NCBI GenBank assembly: GCA_020536535.1
Contig: JAHLWZ010000958.1
Coordinates: 1-38,179, forward strand
Origin: Pelomyxa schiedti
Taxonomy: Eukaryota > Protista > Evosea
DNA: 38,179 nt
Reading direction: 5' to 3'
The notes under the pieces are model-generated. The model ran no database searches, had not been told where the DNA came from, and was given only the letters and a program-made list of their open reading frames with translations. Shown one piece after another: positions 11,622 to 21,659 of this stretch (its first letter is position 1; each line of letters starts with the position of its first letter). A program made the translations under genes and the position numbers.

Positions 11622-14015
11622 TTAGGATTGTTTGTTGACCAGAGGAAGGAAAGGTATTGCCCCTCTTTGTGCTGAGTCCACCCACCACCTCCCAAACACA
11701 TAAGTTCCACACTCAAACTGAATCAGCCAGTGTGACTGACTGTCAACTCCCCTGACAACTCCCTCAGCCCCTCGGTTGCTGGCATTTGGGTGCACAATGA
11801 CCACATGTGACCCCTTGCTCAGGTTCAGTGTGGTTGTCGGGAGTGGTGTTTCTGATTCAACAACCCCGGTTGGTGTCGTTGCTGATGTAGATGCAGTGTA
11901 TTCCACGAGTTTGTGGTTGTGGATTCCGGTGTGTGGGTCATATGGTAGTCCGCTGAATATGTCTCCAGGTGGGAATTCTGACAGGGAAGAGGCCGGTGGG
12001 ACTGTTGTGATGCCGAGGGCGGTGGCGAGGAGCCGCAGGGCGTCATCAAGCCGCGACCATATTCGCAGAACACTCTTGGAATCCAACGGGGTTTGCTGCA
12101 GGTTGATAATCACTGTGCCTATCGCTTTGGGAGGGTACATTAGTGACTTCTCGGCTGGTGTTGAGGCTTGTCTGTCTGCATTCATGCCGGAGAGGCTGCA
12201 GAAAAAAAAAAAAAAAAAAGGTATATGTGAATTTTTGCTGAAAGGTGTGGCCAAGCGGAAAAGAAGATACCTTGTGCCGAGGCATAAGCACAAATCAGCT
12301 GAAACTTCCGTTCTTGACAATGAGGTAAACAAATCTGCTCGGAGATTGCTTCCAAACTGAACTGATTTGCATATGAGTTTATAGAAAAGAATTCCCAACA
12401 CCACTCACCGACTGGATTGCTGGGATCATAAATTCCACCATGAATTTCATTCATTTTTTCTTGAGGGAATCCAGCTTTTTGAGGTAACCTAACTTAGGGG
12501 GTAATACGGGCTGAGAATTTTGAAGAGCTTACCCGTCGTGGTTCTGTTGTACAAAGTGCTTAAGATACCCAGCCTTTTCCATTGCCGCTAGTACATGGTG
12601 TGATAGAGAAGGACGAGCTTCATACATAGAGGACACTGTGACAGAAGTATTGGATACACTTGACAGATTTTTTGTAGCGTAATCAGATATTCCAGCTGAT
12701 TTGCTATGTTCAAGTAAGGTGAAAAGTAACACACACAATTGATACCTTAAACCAGCACCAGTGTAGGCCACACAAAATTTACTACGTTTCACATATTCAG
12801 CTAGGCGTAGCACTTTTTCTTCTAAAACGCTCTGTTCGTCCAGGTACTCATGCCGTGGAAGTGAATTTCCGTGGTCAGACCGAGCCGCTGACGGGTCAAA
12901 TGTAACCATTTTTGGGGTCACCCAACTTGGGTGTCCTCCAAAACCATGAGCCTCTTTCCAGTCTCCCGTCAGCCGCTCCATTTCTGGCTAAGAGTACTTA
13001 GTGCAAGATCGAAATGAAATGAGTGTGTTTGCTACTCAGATTACCGTCAAAGTGGTCGCTTTGCCTGTCTTGGCAGCCTTTCCTTTTGTTGGAGGGGGAG
13101 GAGGGGGCGGAGGAGGGCTTGTATTAGCCGGACTCGGTGTGTCAATTATAGGCGTTGGAGTAGGTCCCTTGGGTTTCACATCCAATCTTCTTTCCCCGTC
13201 AATAGCTCCCTTTTCAAAGGCCAAGTTTCCACCACTACAAATGATAAGAAGAGGGATGCGCTGTTAATTGACTTACATCACTTTTCCTACAACAGCTCCT
13301 TCTTCATCATCCACAGGGCAGTACTCTTTGCCCTCATAATAAACCTTTGTTTGCCTTGACAGAAAAAAAAAAAAGAGCGTTAACAAGGGAAAAAAATGGT
13401 CTGTGTGCATACGTGCAGCTTACAAGAGAGATAACTGAGGGATGTCTCCCAGAATTCCATTGTTCAAGAAGATGCAATGTAATCTGTTAATGGCTAGTAG
13501 TTAATGAAATACTCACTCTGGGTGAATGGACTCGTACATTCTTGGAATTAGACACAGTAATTGTAGGTACATCAGTGGATACAGTAATTTCACAGGCTGA
13601 GCACTTGATAATCTCCATGCTCTTTGTTGTAATGACACAACGAATGGTGAACTTACTGTCAGCGCAATTCTCACAAATGACCTAAGTGCAGATGCTCAAT
13701 TAGACTCTAATGGTGAAAATTCTTAAGAGTGTTTCCACACTTTCACAGCGGCGCCATCCACTGTCACAACAGAATTTTCACTGACTCGAGAAAATAACAT
13801 GAGCTCATCCCTGGCGGTCCTAGAGGCCGAATTGTCTAGGTTCAAATTCAAATGCGGCCCTGTGTACTTCCTTCCATACGAGCGAACATATTTAGTGCAA
13901 CAGGCATCAAATGCAATCAATCATTTGAAAACAAAAACCTATTTGCCCTGGATGCATTGGAAGCAACAGCACCGGTTGCTCTTCTTCTCAACTCGTTGAA
14001 GTCAATACCCGCCAT
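11622..14015 (-). CDS. CAP_C/CARP beta-helix + poly-Pro + sirtuin (class IV-like, Zn ribbon absent) fusion with small beta-rich C-terminal domain
   Basis: N-terminal SENSVVTVDGAAVKVICENCADSKFTIRCVITTKSMEIIKCSACEITVSTDVPTITVSNSKNVRVH resembles cyclase-associated protein C-terminal repeats. Next is PPPPPPPPP, then an in-frame 57-nt intron (12988-13044) into the sirtuin motifs YTGAGLSKSAGISDY, RPSLSH, QQNHDGL, EIHG, LGTSL, VIINLQQTPLD. Confidence 0.85.
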
Positions 14016-14079
14016 TGCTTTGTTTTTTTTTTTACCCTTCTGCGAATGAGTGATGACGGTTCGTTTCCCAAAAAAAGCG
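14016..14079. promoter_or_regulatory. Putative minimal bidirectional promoter (64 bp)
   Basis: Divergent ATGs at 14015(-) and 14080(+), each preceded by an A-rich tract on its own strand. The start codons are inferred. Confidence 0.5.
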
Positions 14080-15516
14080 ATGTCTGACGCGTGCCAGTGC
14101 CGGGCAATTCTGTCCGCACGCGCCCAACTTGGTGCCCTAGCGTTGTTGTGCCTCGATGGTCTTCGCCAAGGCAGCAATCTTTTGGCATCAGCAGCGACAG
14201 CAACAGCAGCAGCAGAACAAAGCAGCTCGGCTCGCGGCGGGTGGCGACGCTGCGGCGCCCACCTCGTAGCGCGGCTGGTGTGGGCCTACGTGCTCGACAC
14301 GGCGACGCAGGCCATGGTCGAGGTGCAGGGGGTGTGGCGCGACGGCGGCGGCGGCGGCAGCCAGAAGGGGGGGGACCAGTGCGGCCCCGAGGGCGCCGAG
14401 TGCGTCGCGATGGCGGTGTCGCCGCTCACCCTCGGGCTCCTGGGCCCGGCCGAGCGCCTCGCCCCGGCCGTCGGGTGCGCGTTCGTCGACCAGGCGCACT
14501 ACTTGGCCCGAACCACCACGGCCGAGGGGTGCGAGGAGTGGCACTTGCGGGAGGCGCCCAGGATAGATTGTGGGACGAACACGCGCGGACACGGGGGAAA
14601 TACGGACGTGGACGAGAATGGGAACGTGGACGTGATAACGAGGGCGCCGGCGGGGTTCTGTACAGTGGAGTTTTGTGCAAACGGGAATTGGCTTGTGGAC
14701 TGTGGTTATTTTGAAGGTTTGTATAGTGATGGTGGTGATTTTGAGACGGCTATGATTGTAGTGCCTATTGCTGGGGAAAAGAGGGCCAGTGTAAAACAAG
14801 GGGTGGTTGTGGGGGGTACTGGTGATTGTGGCATTTTCTCGGTTGTTGTGCCTCTTCGAGACTGTTCCATGACGGACCTGCCACTTCTCACTTTCAACGA
14901 GCAAGTCCCAGATGAACTGATTCTTGCCGTGTTCTCGTCAGCTAATAGGGACTTGAATCTCCTGCGGATCGACTTGCAAAAAACCTTCACCAGCAGGACT
15001 CTCACAGTTACCAGCTCCACATCCTGCAAATCCTTACCCGATCACTACGTAATGGACGCGCTCCACTTCACGAGGCCAAGCGGCCCCGGCGTTTTCATCG
15101 TCAGTGCCCAGGACTTTCGCAAGCACATGGCCAAAACCTGGCAAGTGGAAGAAACCACCGGCAACAAGACGGACCTCGTCGTGTCCCTGTTCGACACCAC
15201 GGAGTCGTCGTGGCTGAGCGGCTCCAGGTTCACCGTCTGCCACTCAAAAAGCCAGTCGTGCGAAGTCTGGGACTGTGACACTACCACCGACAACGAAGGC
15301 GGAGGCGGGGGCACAGGCGCCAGGACGCCGGCGATTGTCAAGACTCTTTCGTTCTCTGGGTCCTGCAGCAGACCGCCCAGAGCCAAATCGGGATTCGTTT
15401 GCTACGTTGTCGGCAACCGAGTGGAGGTGGCCGACATACAGTCCGGCATCACATTTGTCGCCCTCACGTTCCCCCAGTGGAACGTGCTCAAGATCTCCCA
15501 GGCCTTGTTCTTCTAA
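14080..15516 (+). CDS. Intronless hypothetical protein, lineage-expanded family (paralog 1; beta-rich C-terminal region)
   Basis: Uninterrupted ORF 14050..15516, with likely ATG 14080 after an A tract. It aligns along its length to the next ORF (ARAQLGALA, VSPLTL, DQAHYL, EETTG, SWLSGSRF, CEVWDC, LTFPQW). Confidence 0.88.
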   Translation: MSDACQCRAILSARAQLGALALLCLDGLRQGSNLLASAATATAAAEQSSSARGGWRRCGAHLVARLVWAYVLDTATQAMVEVQGVWRDGGGGGSQKGGDQCGPEGAECVAMAVSPLTLGLLGPAERLAPAVGCAFVDQAHYLARTTTAEGCEEWHLREAPRIDCGTNTRGHGGNTDVDENGNVDVITRAPAGFCTVEFCANGNWLVDCGYFEGLYSDGGDFETAMIVVPIAGEKRASVKQGVVVGGTGDCGIFSVVVPLRDCSMTDLPLLTFNEQVPDELILAVFSSANRDLNLLRIDLQKTFTSRTLTVTSSTSCKSLPDHYVMDALHFTRPSGPGVFIVSAQDFRKHMAKTWQVEETTGNKTDLVVSLFDTTESSWLSGSRFTVCHSKSQSCEVWDCDTTTDNEGGGGGTGARTPAIVKTLSFSGSCSRPPRAKSGFVCYVVGNRVEVADIQSGITFVALTFPQWNVLKISQALFF

Positions 15517-15676
15517 AGCCCGTTTGTTTGCATTCAGGAGTTCTTGGAGGGAAAAAAACCCAGGTTTCACGGTCACTTTGGCGTTCGCATCCTCCGTCAT
15601 CCGTTACTCCCAGCGCCCCACATTTGCTGTCATCCCCGATTCTAGGGCCAGAGATCAGAACCGTTTTTTCTGCGCG

Positions 15677-16966
15677 ATGCCACGTCACGTGCTCACACGG
15701 GCAGCGCTGTCGGTGCGAGACCAACTTGGTGCGCTGGCGATGGCCTCGCACGGCCGATGCGGGGGACATGCAACGTTCCGCGGCAAAGCGACGCACGACG
15801 GGGTGCCGGCTCCAATTGTGGGTGCAATGATCGAGCACGGCCACACGATACTCAGGCACGTGCAGGCCTACATCGTGGCGACGCTGGCCAAGGTCATAGT
15901 GGTCGTGAGTGCCGACGAACTCTCCACCTCGAGAAAAACGGTCGGCGCTGTTCTTCTGAGGGTGTCTCCCCTCACTCTCGCGATTATGGGTGACGCCGAG
16001 GACACCTTTCCCTCTTTCGATTGGGTTGATGAGGCACATTATCTTGTGGTGACAGATGACCTCAGATGGGGGTCCATTTGCTGTTGGAACCATCACCTTC
16101 AAACAGAGGGCCAGAACGACCACCGCAGTACATGTGAATGGCAGCTCTGTCCTTGGCCTACGGGATATTGTTCTAATTTGGCATTGCCCTTATGTGGCAG
16201 CACAAAGTGGTCGGTGGGCTTCGCGGAAAAAGAGTGCACCGACCACCAAGTGTGCATGATGATTCAGCCAATTGGGAGGGCTTGTCAACCACAAATGGGA
16301 GGCCCTCTGGTTGTTGTTCCTGTACCAACCACAGGAAATCCACGAGTGATCCAAGTGGCGAATTTCAACAAGGTTGCTCCAAAGGACGTTTTAATAGTTG
16401 TGACAAGCAGGATGTCAGGTGATGATATTTATTTCATAATCGTCGATGTGAATCAGACATACACCTCAAGGAGCCTATGTGTTCTAGGCATCACACACTA
16501 CACAGGGATGGTACTGGATTTTATGTGGGATGTATGCCACATGCCGAGGCAGAATGACTCATACTGTGACGGATACTTCATTGTTCACTTCCGCAGGCCT
16601 GACTTTGACTGGGAAATATGCCAATTGGAAGAGACCACTGGAATTAAAAGAACCCTGGTTAGTTCTAACCACGCACTGGGGATATCATGGCTGGGTGGTT
16701 CCAAGTTCTCAATTGCTCATAAAGCTGGCTCAGTTGCTTGTGAGGTCTGGGACTGTTGCAGCATCAAAGGCAGAGTGGGGCCCATCCCACACAAAGTCAT
16801 TGAATCCAGTGCCATCGCAGCCACTAGTTCAGTGGAAGGTCCCTTTCTGTTCCACCTTGTCAACAACCAAATTGCTGTTCTCGATGTTGTTTCTAGTTTC
16901 ACTGTTGTCACCCTCACATTCCCAAACTGGACCAACCTCAATGTGCGTGAAACCTTGCTGTTCTAA
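15677..16966 (+). CDS. Intronless hypothetical protein, same family (paralog 2)
   Basis: ORF frame 15275..16966, likely start MPRHVL at 15677. Motifs VRDQLGALAMASHGRCGG, VSPLTL, DEAHYL, EETTG, SWLGGSKF, CEVWDC, LTFPNW. Confidence 0.88.
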   Translation: MPRHVLTRAALSVRDQLGALAMASHGRCGGHATFRGKATHDGVPAPIVGAMIEHGHTILRHVQAYIVATLAKVIVVVSADELSTSRKTVGAVLLRVSPLTLAIMGDAEDTFPSFDWVDEAHYLVVTDDLRWGSICCWNHHLQTEGQNDHRSTCEWQLCPWPTGYCSNLALPLCGSTKWSVGFAEKECTDHQVCMMIQPIGRACQPQMGGPLVVVPVPTTGNPRVIQVANFNKVAPKDVLIVVTSRMSGDDIYFIIVDVNQTYTSRSLCVLGITHYTGMVLDFMWDVCHMPRQNDSYCDGYFIVHFRRPDFDWEICQLEETTGIKRTLVSSNHALGISWLGGSKFSIAHKAGSVACEVWDCCSIKGRVGPIPHKVIESSAIAATSSVEGPFLFHLVNNQIAVLDVVSSFTVVTLTFPNWTNLNVRETLLF

Positions 16967-17057
16967 TTTATTCCACTATTAATTTACCATTTTTGAGCCT
17001 GGAAGGCAAAAGCATTCACAAATCAGGTAAGTCTGAAAAAGCCTAAAATACAAAATC

Positions 17058-17965
17058 TCAACAGTTGCAACATGGGTTGGAGTTGTCATCCATTGGAACA
17101 AGCTGACTTCCCAGAGTATTATGCTCCGGTGTGGGAATGTTGGTAATAACCGTCAAAGGCTGAATCATTTCCCAAATTCTCAAGTTCACCATTAGTTTTA
17201 CAGTGCAATTCTAGGTCACACTATCAGAAGTTATGCCAAAGCCCACTAATATTGGCAAACAGACCTTGTGGGCAATAAGCCAACAAGGTATGCCAGGCTT
17301 GTTGAGTTGGGTGGTTTCCCTGTCTATGATTTTTTTCCAGTCCAGAACGGCATCAAATGATGCTGGATCAGTGATGTCAAAAACAATAAAGGCACCATCA
17401 GAACGACTGCAGTATGTCTAGGAAAAATAAGGCATGTGACATGATGGTAGTAGCAGTATACAGTGGTGATTGCCAGGAATCTCTCTTGCCCTGTGATAAG
17501 GATAATTGACATCATAAATGTTAAAAAAAAAAAAAAAAATCAGGAAAATGTGAGAATGCAAGACTTCCTCATACCTGCAGTGTCCCACAGCTGAGCACTC
17601 ACAGGTTTCCCAAGCACTCGGACTTCACATCGATGGAAATCCACTGCCTTGTTTTCCCAAACAGCAAACAAACAAGCAAGCAAGCAAGCAACAAATGACA
17701 TCGAGTGAGTGAGTGGCACCCTCCTCCTCAATTCATCATCAATACAGACGGAAAACGGAACCGTAGTCGTTGGGGCTCCCAGCTGAAACTCATTGCTCGA
17801 AAGCCGACGAATGAAGCACGTCTTGCCGGCGCGTGAGGGCCCCACAACAAGCACTTTGTAAACACCACGACGCACCGAAACTGCAGCTGCTGCCCTTGTT
17901 GCGATCGTGGTGGGAGTTGGAGGTGGCGGATCCAGCACAGCACCTACAGTTGTTTCGGCCGCCAT
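17058..17965 (-). CDS. Rab-family small GTPase (divergent, Rab32/38-like features)
   Basis: KVLVVGPSRAGKT, AVDF, QLWDTAG|QERF, GAFIVFDITDPASFDAVLDWKKIID, LIAHK, and a final exon ending NPCCNC* (double-prenylation motif). The 3' exon structure is ambiguous. Confidence 0.88.
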
Positions 17966-18105
17966 TAAGTTGGGGCAGTAGTTCACGCCGGTCCTCCCCA
18001 AAGCTCAAAAACGAGGAGCAAAACAAAAAGCCAAAAAAAAAAAAAGATGTCTGGGAATCCCGAAAAATGCCATCGCCTAGTTTTCTTTCTTTACAGAGGT
18101 TGGAA

Positions 18106-20477
18106 TCAGCTGGCTGGCTCGTTGTTGGAGAGAGATAGACTCGGTAACAAAGGGGATGACAGCGATAGTTGAAGAGTGTGGGAGAATTGGGATGCACCCG
18201 AACACCAATAGCCGGTGCCGGCTTGTTCATCAGCTTTAGGCCACCCTCTCACAATCCTTGTCCCACAGTCTTTTCCAAGTGTGCAGACCTTTGTTTTTTT
18301 TGCAAGTCAGTATTGGCAGGGAGAAAGTTCAGTGTTGAAATTGCGCTGTTTAATTGTTGTATTTCTAGTAGAGGGAAACTGACAAGAAGGTTGTTGATCC
18401 AAATAGAGTGATCAGGAGAAAGTGGCCCGCCAGAAAGTTCGAAATTAAATAGGTATGAAACAAATTTGTTGACTATAGGAGATATCTCAAAGGGATGAGT
18501 CCATATTCCCCCCTTTTCAAGTTTCAGAAAATTAAGAACGAAGGAGTTTGATTACCATAAAAACAGGGTGGCCGGGTGTGAGCCACACTCCACCCACTTC
18601 ACACATAGGAATCACTTTTTCCACTGTTTTCATCTCAACAAGGCAAACTGTCTTGATCCCTGATTCAGTTTTAACGTGATCCCCAATCTGAACATCACAA
18701 ACTTTCCTAGTTTTGTTATGGGATGTTATGGAAATGTTCTTATGAAAGAACATACTTTTCAGAACCATCTGCCATGGTCACACTTCCCTCGCCTGTGAAG
18801 CATTTCCGAAACTACATATAATTGAGAAAACAAAAAAGTACAAGAAAGTAAGTACCTTGCCCTGTTCAGATGAAGAAAGCACATCAAATAGACTTTCATA
18901 TAATCGTATGGCCATGAACCTCTGCTGAGGAGTGCGTGCAAATGCTCCATTTCGGAACAATGCATAACATTTGAGATTTCCAACATTACCAACTTCTGTT
19001 GGATAAAAGTGTTGGGCACAGCAAGGGAAAAAACCAACAAACCAACAGCACTCACAAACTCCTCAAGAGAAATAAGTGGCCCATGCCCATGAAGTAAGGC
19101 ATATGCTGCAATAACTTGTTGTGGTGTTATTTGTAGCCAGAGTTGACTGTTTTAGCTGTGACTCACTTGTATGAAAGCCCATATCAGCTTGGTTTTCACC
19201 AACGTCGAAATTTCCAAATGCTCCAATCTGAAGATGATTTTTTCTTGTGGGAATCCATGAAAAAAACCCTTGTTGCAGGTCTTTCTCAAACTCTGTTTGA
19301 GGAGGTTCTCTCTGCAAACCATCCAGGTCATCGCACTTGAATTGTGTGCATAGTGTGACGATGGTTACAAGAAGATGGGGACTGAGGAGAGATATAGGGC
19401 TTCTCCTTCCAGCACGAGGGCTGGCGCCACAAAGGAACGCCGTGAATCGTTGAGCAACATTTCGGCACGCTCCTTGGAAAATGAAGTGTTAATCAGAATC
19501 CAACCAGAGGAGACATACGAGAAATCATCCTCCAGGGTAATGTTGAAGTGATCAAATCCCGCACGTTTTTGGGATACCAGTCCTCCCATGCCCGCCTGCA
19601 TGCTGTAGATAGCAAAGCTAGAGGTTGGCCAGCTGCTATCATATTCCTTGCCCAAGAAACACATGGCCTCTGTCTGTACCACTTGATTCTATTTTCTACC
19701 CATTGAATTTGTGTTTCCTTTTGTATGTAAGTTACCACTTATCACTAATTCTTTAATCTCAGCTCTTAGAGATAGGATTTCATCACCCATTTTCACATGG
19801 CTGTTCAATTAAAGTTTTTTCCAAGACCCGGACCTCATTGCACACTTATTTTAGTTGCACAATTTTGATCACACCATTACATTGACATAGTCAAAACGAA
19901 ACATAAGCGAGATAAAACTTGGACACACGTCGAGTCTAGGAAGCCCGGATGTCACCGGTCTTCTGCATTCTGGCTCCAACAAGTGACCTCCCCAAGGATC
20001 ACTCTCGATCTCGCTCACTGCCGGCCTCTTCATCAGAAACCCCTTCATCACTTCCTCCCCGACCCCGTCCCCGTCACCCGTCTCAGTGTCAGTCTCGCCC
20101 CACCGGTGTCGCCCCAGTGAGTCCTTTGGGAACGCCGGGAGGAACTCCTCTTGATGGGGGCTCCGGCCGTCCCTGTAGAAGTACGACGCCCTGTGGGGAG
20201 CGGACCACCCGCCGCTGTAGAACCCAAAGAGGGGACGCCACTCTGGGGAGCTGATGTGCACCAGGTCGTCGAGGTAGGGCGCCATGCTGTTCGCATTTGG
20301 TGCGGGTAGGGTCCCTGAGTCGCAATTGTGGGAGTGGGACGCGTCGGCCCACTGCTCGAGGATTCGGGATATTGCTTCTTTGCGGTTCGTCAACAGTTGG
20401 GCCTTCTGCTCCCACGATGGGGCTCGTCTGAAGTCTTCACGACGAAGCCCAGGCCATGCAATTCTCTGGGAAGACAT
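18106..20477 (-). CDS. Unknown N-terminal region + C-terminal Hint (Hedgehog/intein) domain of Vint type
   Basis: Spliced CFTGEGSVTMADGSEKKVCDVQIGDHV (Hint block A, Cys codon 18800-18802), WLTPGHPVF (block B TxxH), then YLFNFELSGG...HSIWINNLLVCTLGK (Vint-like C-terminal block). The upstream exons give an unrecognised polypeptide of several hundred residues. Confidence 0.85.
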
Positions 20478-20689
20478 TATGGGAGGCCGGGAAAGTTTTC
20501 TTCTGCGTTTCTTTGTGTACTACGGTGCCCGTCTTTTCGCTCGTTTTTTTTTTCTTGTGATGACGGTTCGCAACACGAAAAGCCAAACAAAGAAGGCAAA
20601 GACGGAAACTTCTTTGAGCCTGAAGATTGGAAATAATTCAACATTGTTGCTGTGGAAAATGGAATGGTGTGGTTGGATCCAGTCTTCAA

Positions 20690-21659
20690 TTAGAGGCGTC
20701 TTCTTTTGCCTTTATTTTGGGATACGGTTTGGACTGGTGGATTTCTTTTTATTTGTTTTTGGATGTGGGTGGATTTGGGGCTGCCTTCTTCTGTAGTTGG
20801 TTTCTTTGTTGGTGTTGTACTGGTTGTACTGGTTGTGCTGGTTGTTGCTGTTGTTGTTGTGGGTGCTGTTGTGTTGTCTGATTGTTCTTCACCACTTTTT
20901 GTCTCGTCGGAGTCAGAATCTGACTCGGAGTCTAATTCACTGGATAATATTACCTCAGATTCATCACTTTCACTTGAACTGGCACTCTCACCATCCCTTT
21001 CACCTGTGCTTTTCTCATCTTTCTCCTCGTTGGTTTTCACATCTTTGCCATCTTTCTCCTCGTTGCTTTTCTCCTCTTTCTCGTCTTTCGACTGTGAAAA
21101 ATGAGTTTAGATAATGTAACTGCACTCAATGTACCTTTTTCTCTAGGGCCGGAAGAAGCTCGAATATTGGCTTCTGCCATGAGGGAAGTGGAATTTTCCT
21201 GGAACATGTGGTTGATACACCTATGAGAAAAGAAAAAGACAAACCTTGGGTTACCAGAACCCCCAGACTTTGGTGCTTTCTTTTTCGATGTACCACTTGC
21301 TGGTCTACTAACGCTCGCAGCAGGCTTGGCAGCCTTCTTCCCACCCTTCTTACTAATAAATTACACCAGCGCAGAAAGAGCGTGTCGTTAGTTAGTTCAA
21401 ACCCCCGCACACACGCGCACTTGCTCGAATCATCACATAAACCGTATCATCACTCTCGAAAACACACACGCGCATCACATTCCACATTGGCATTCACACA
21501 TTCGCATCACATCCGCACATACCCTGGAGCGGGCCCCACGCGGCCTCCGACGACCACCTTCCTCCCTCCGCCGCCTCCTCCTCCACCCGATGCTTTGCCG
21601 CTCCCGCCGCCCCCTGCTCCTGGGCCCCCGCTTCGGCTTCCCGCCACGGTTCGGGCCAT
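20690..21659 (-). CDS. PAF15/PCLAF-like PCNA-binding disordered protein (tentative) with acidic and Thr-rich tail
   Basis: Spliced model MARTVAGS..RKVVVGG...SRKIPLPSWQKPIFELL, then E/D/S-rich and T-rich segments and a basic end KGKRRRL*. It resembles PAF15 MVRTK..RKVV..PTPKWQKGIGEFF. Confidence 0.55.

Noticed and set aside
14091-15830. Multiple long overlapping or antisense ORFs (14091..14714, 14188..14904, the 5' part of 15275..16966, etc.)
   Set aside because: They are shadows of GC-rich coding sequence with few stop codons. The paralog alignment supports only the 14080 and 15677 frames.
19365-19682. 105-aa ORF as the coding frame of the Hint protein
   Set aside because: A canonical 46-nt intron (gtatgt...caag) lies within it. 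The alternative frame joins in phase and yields a recognisable motif.
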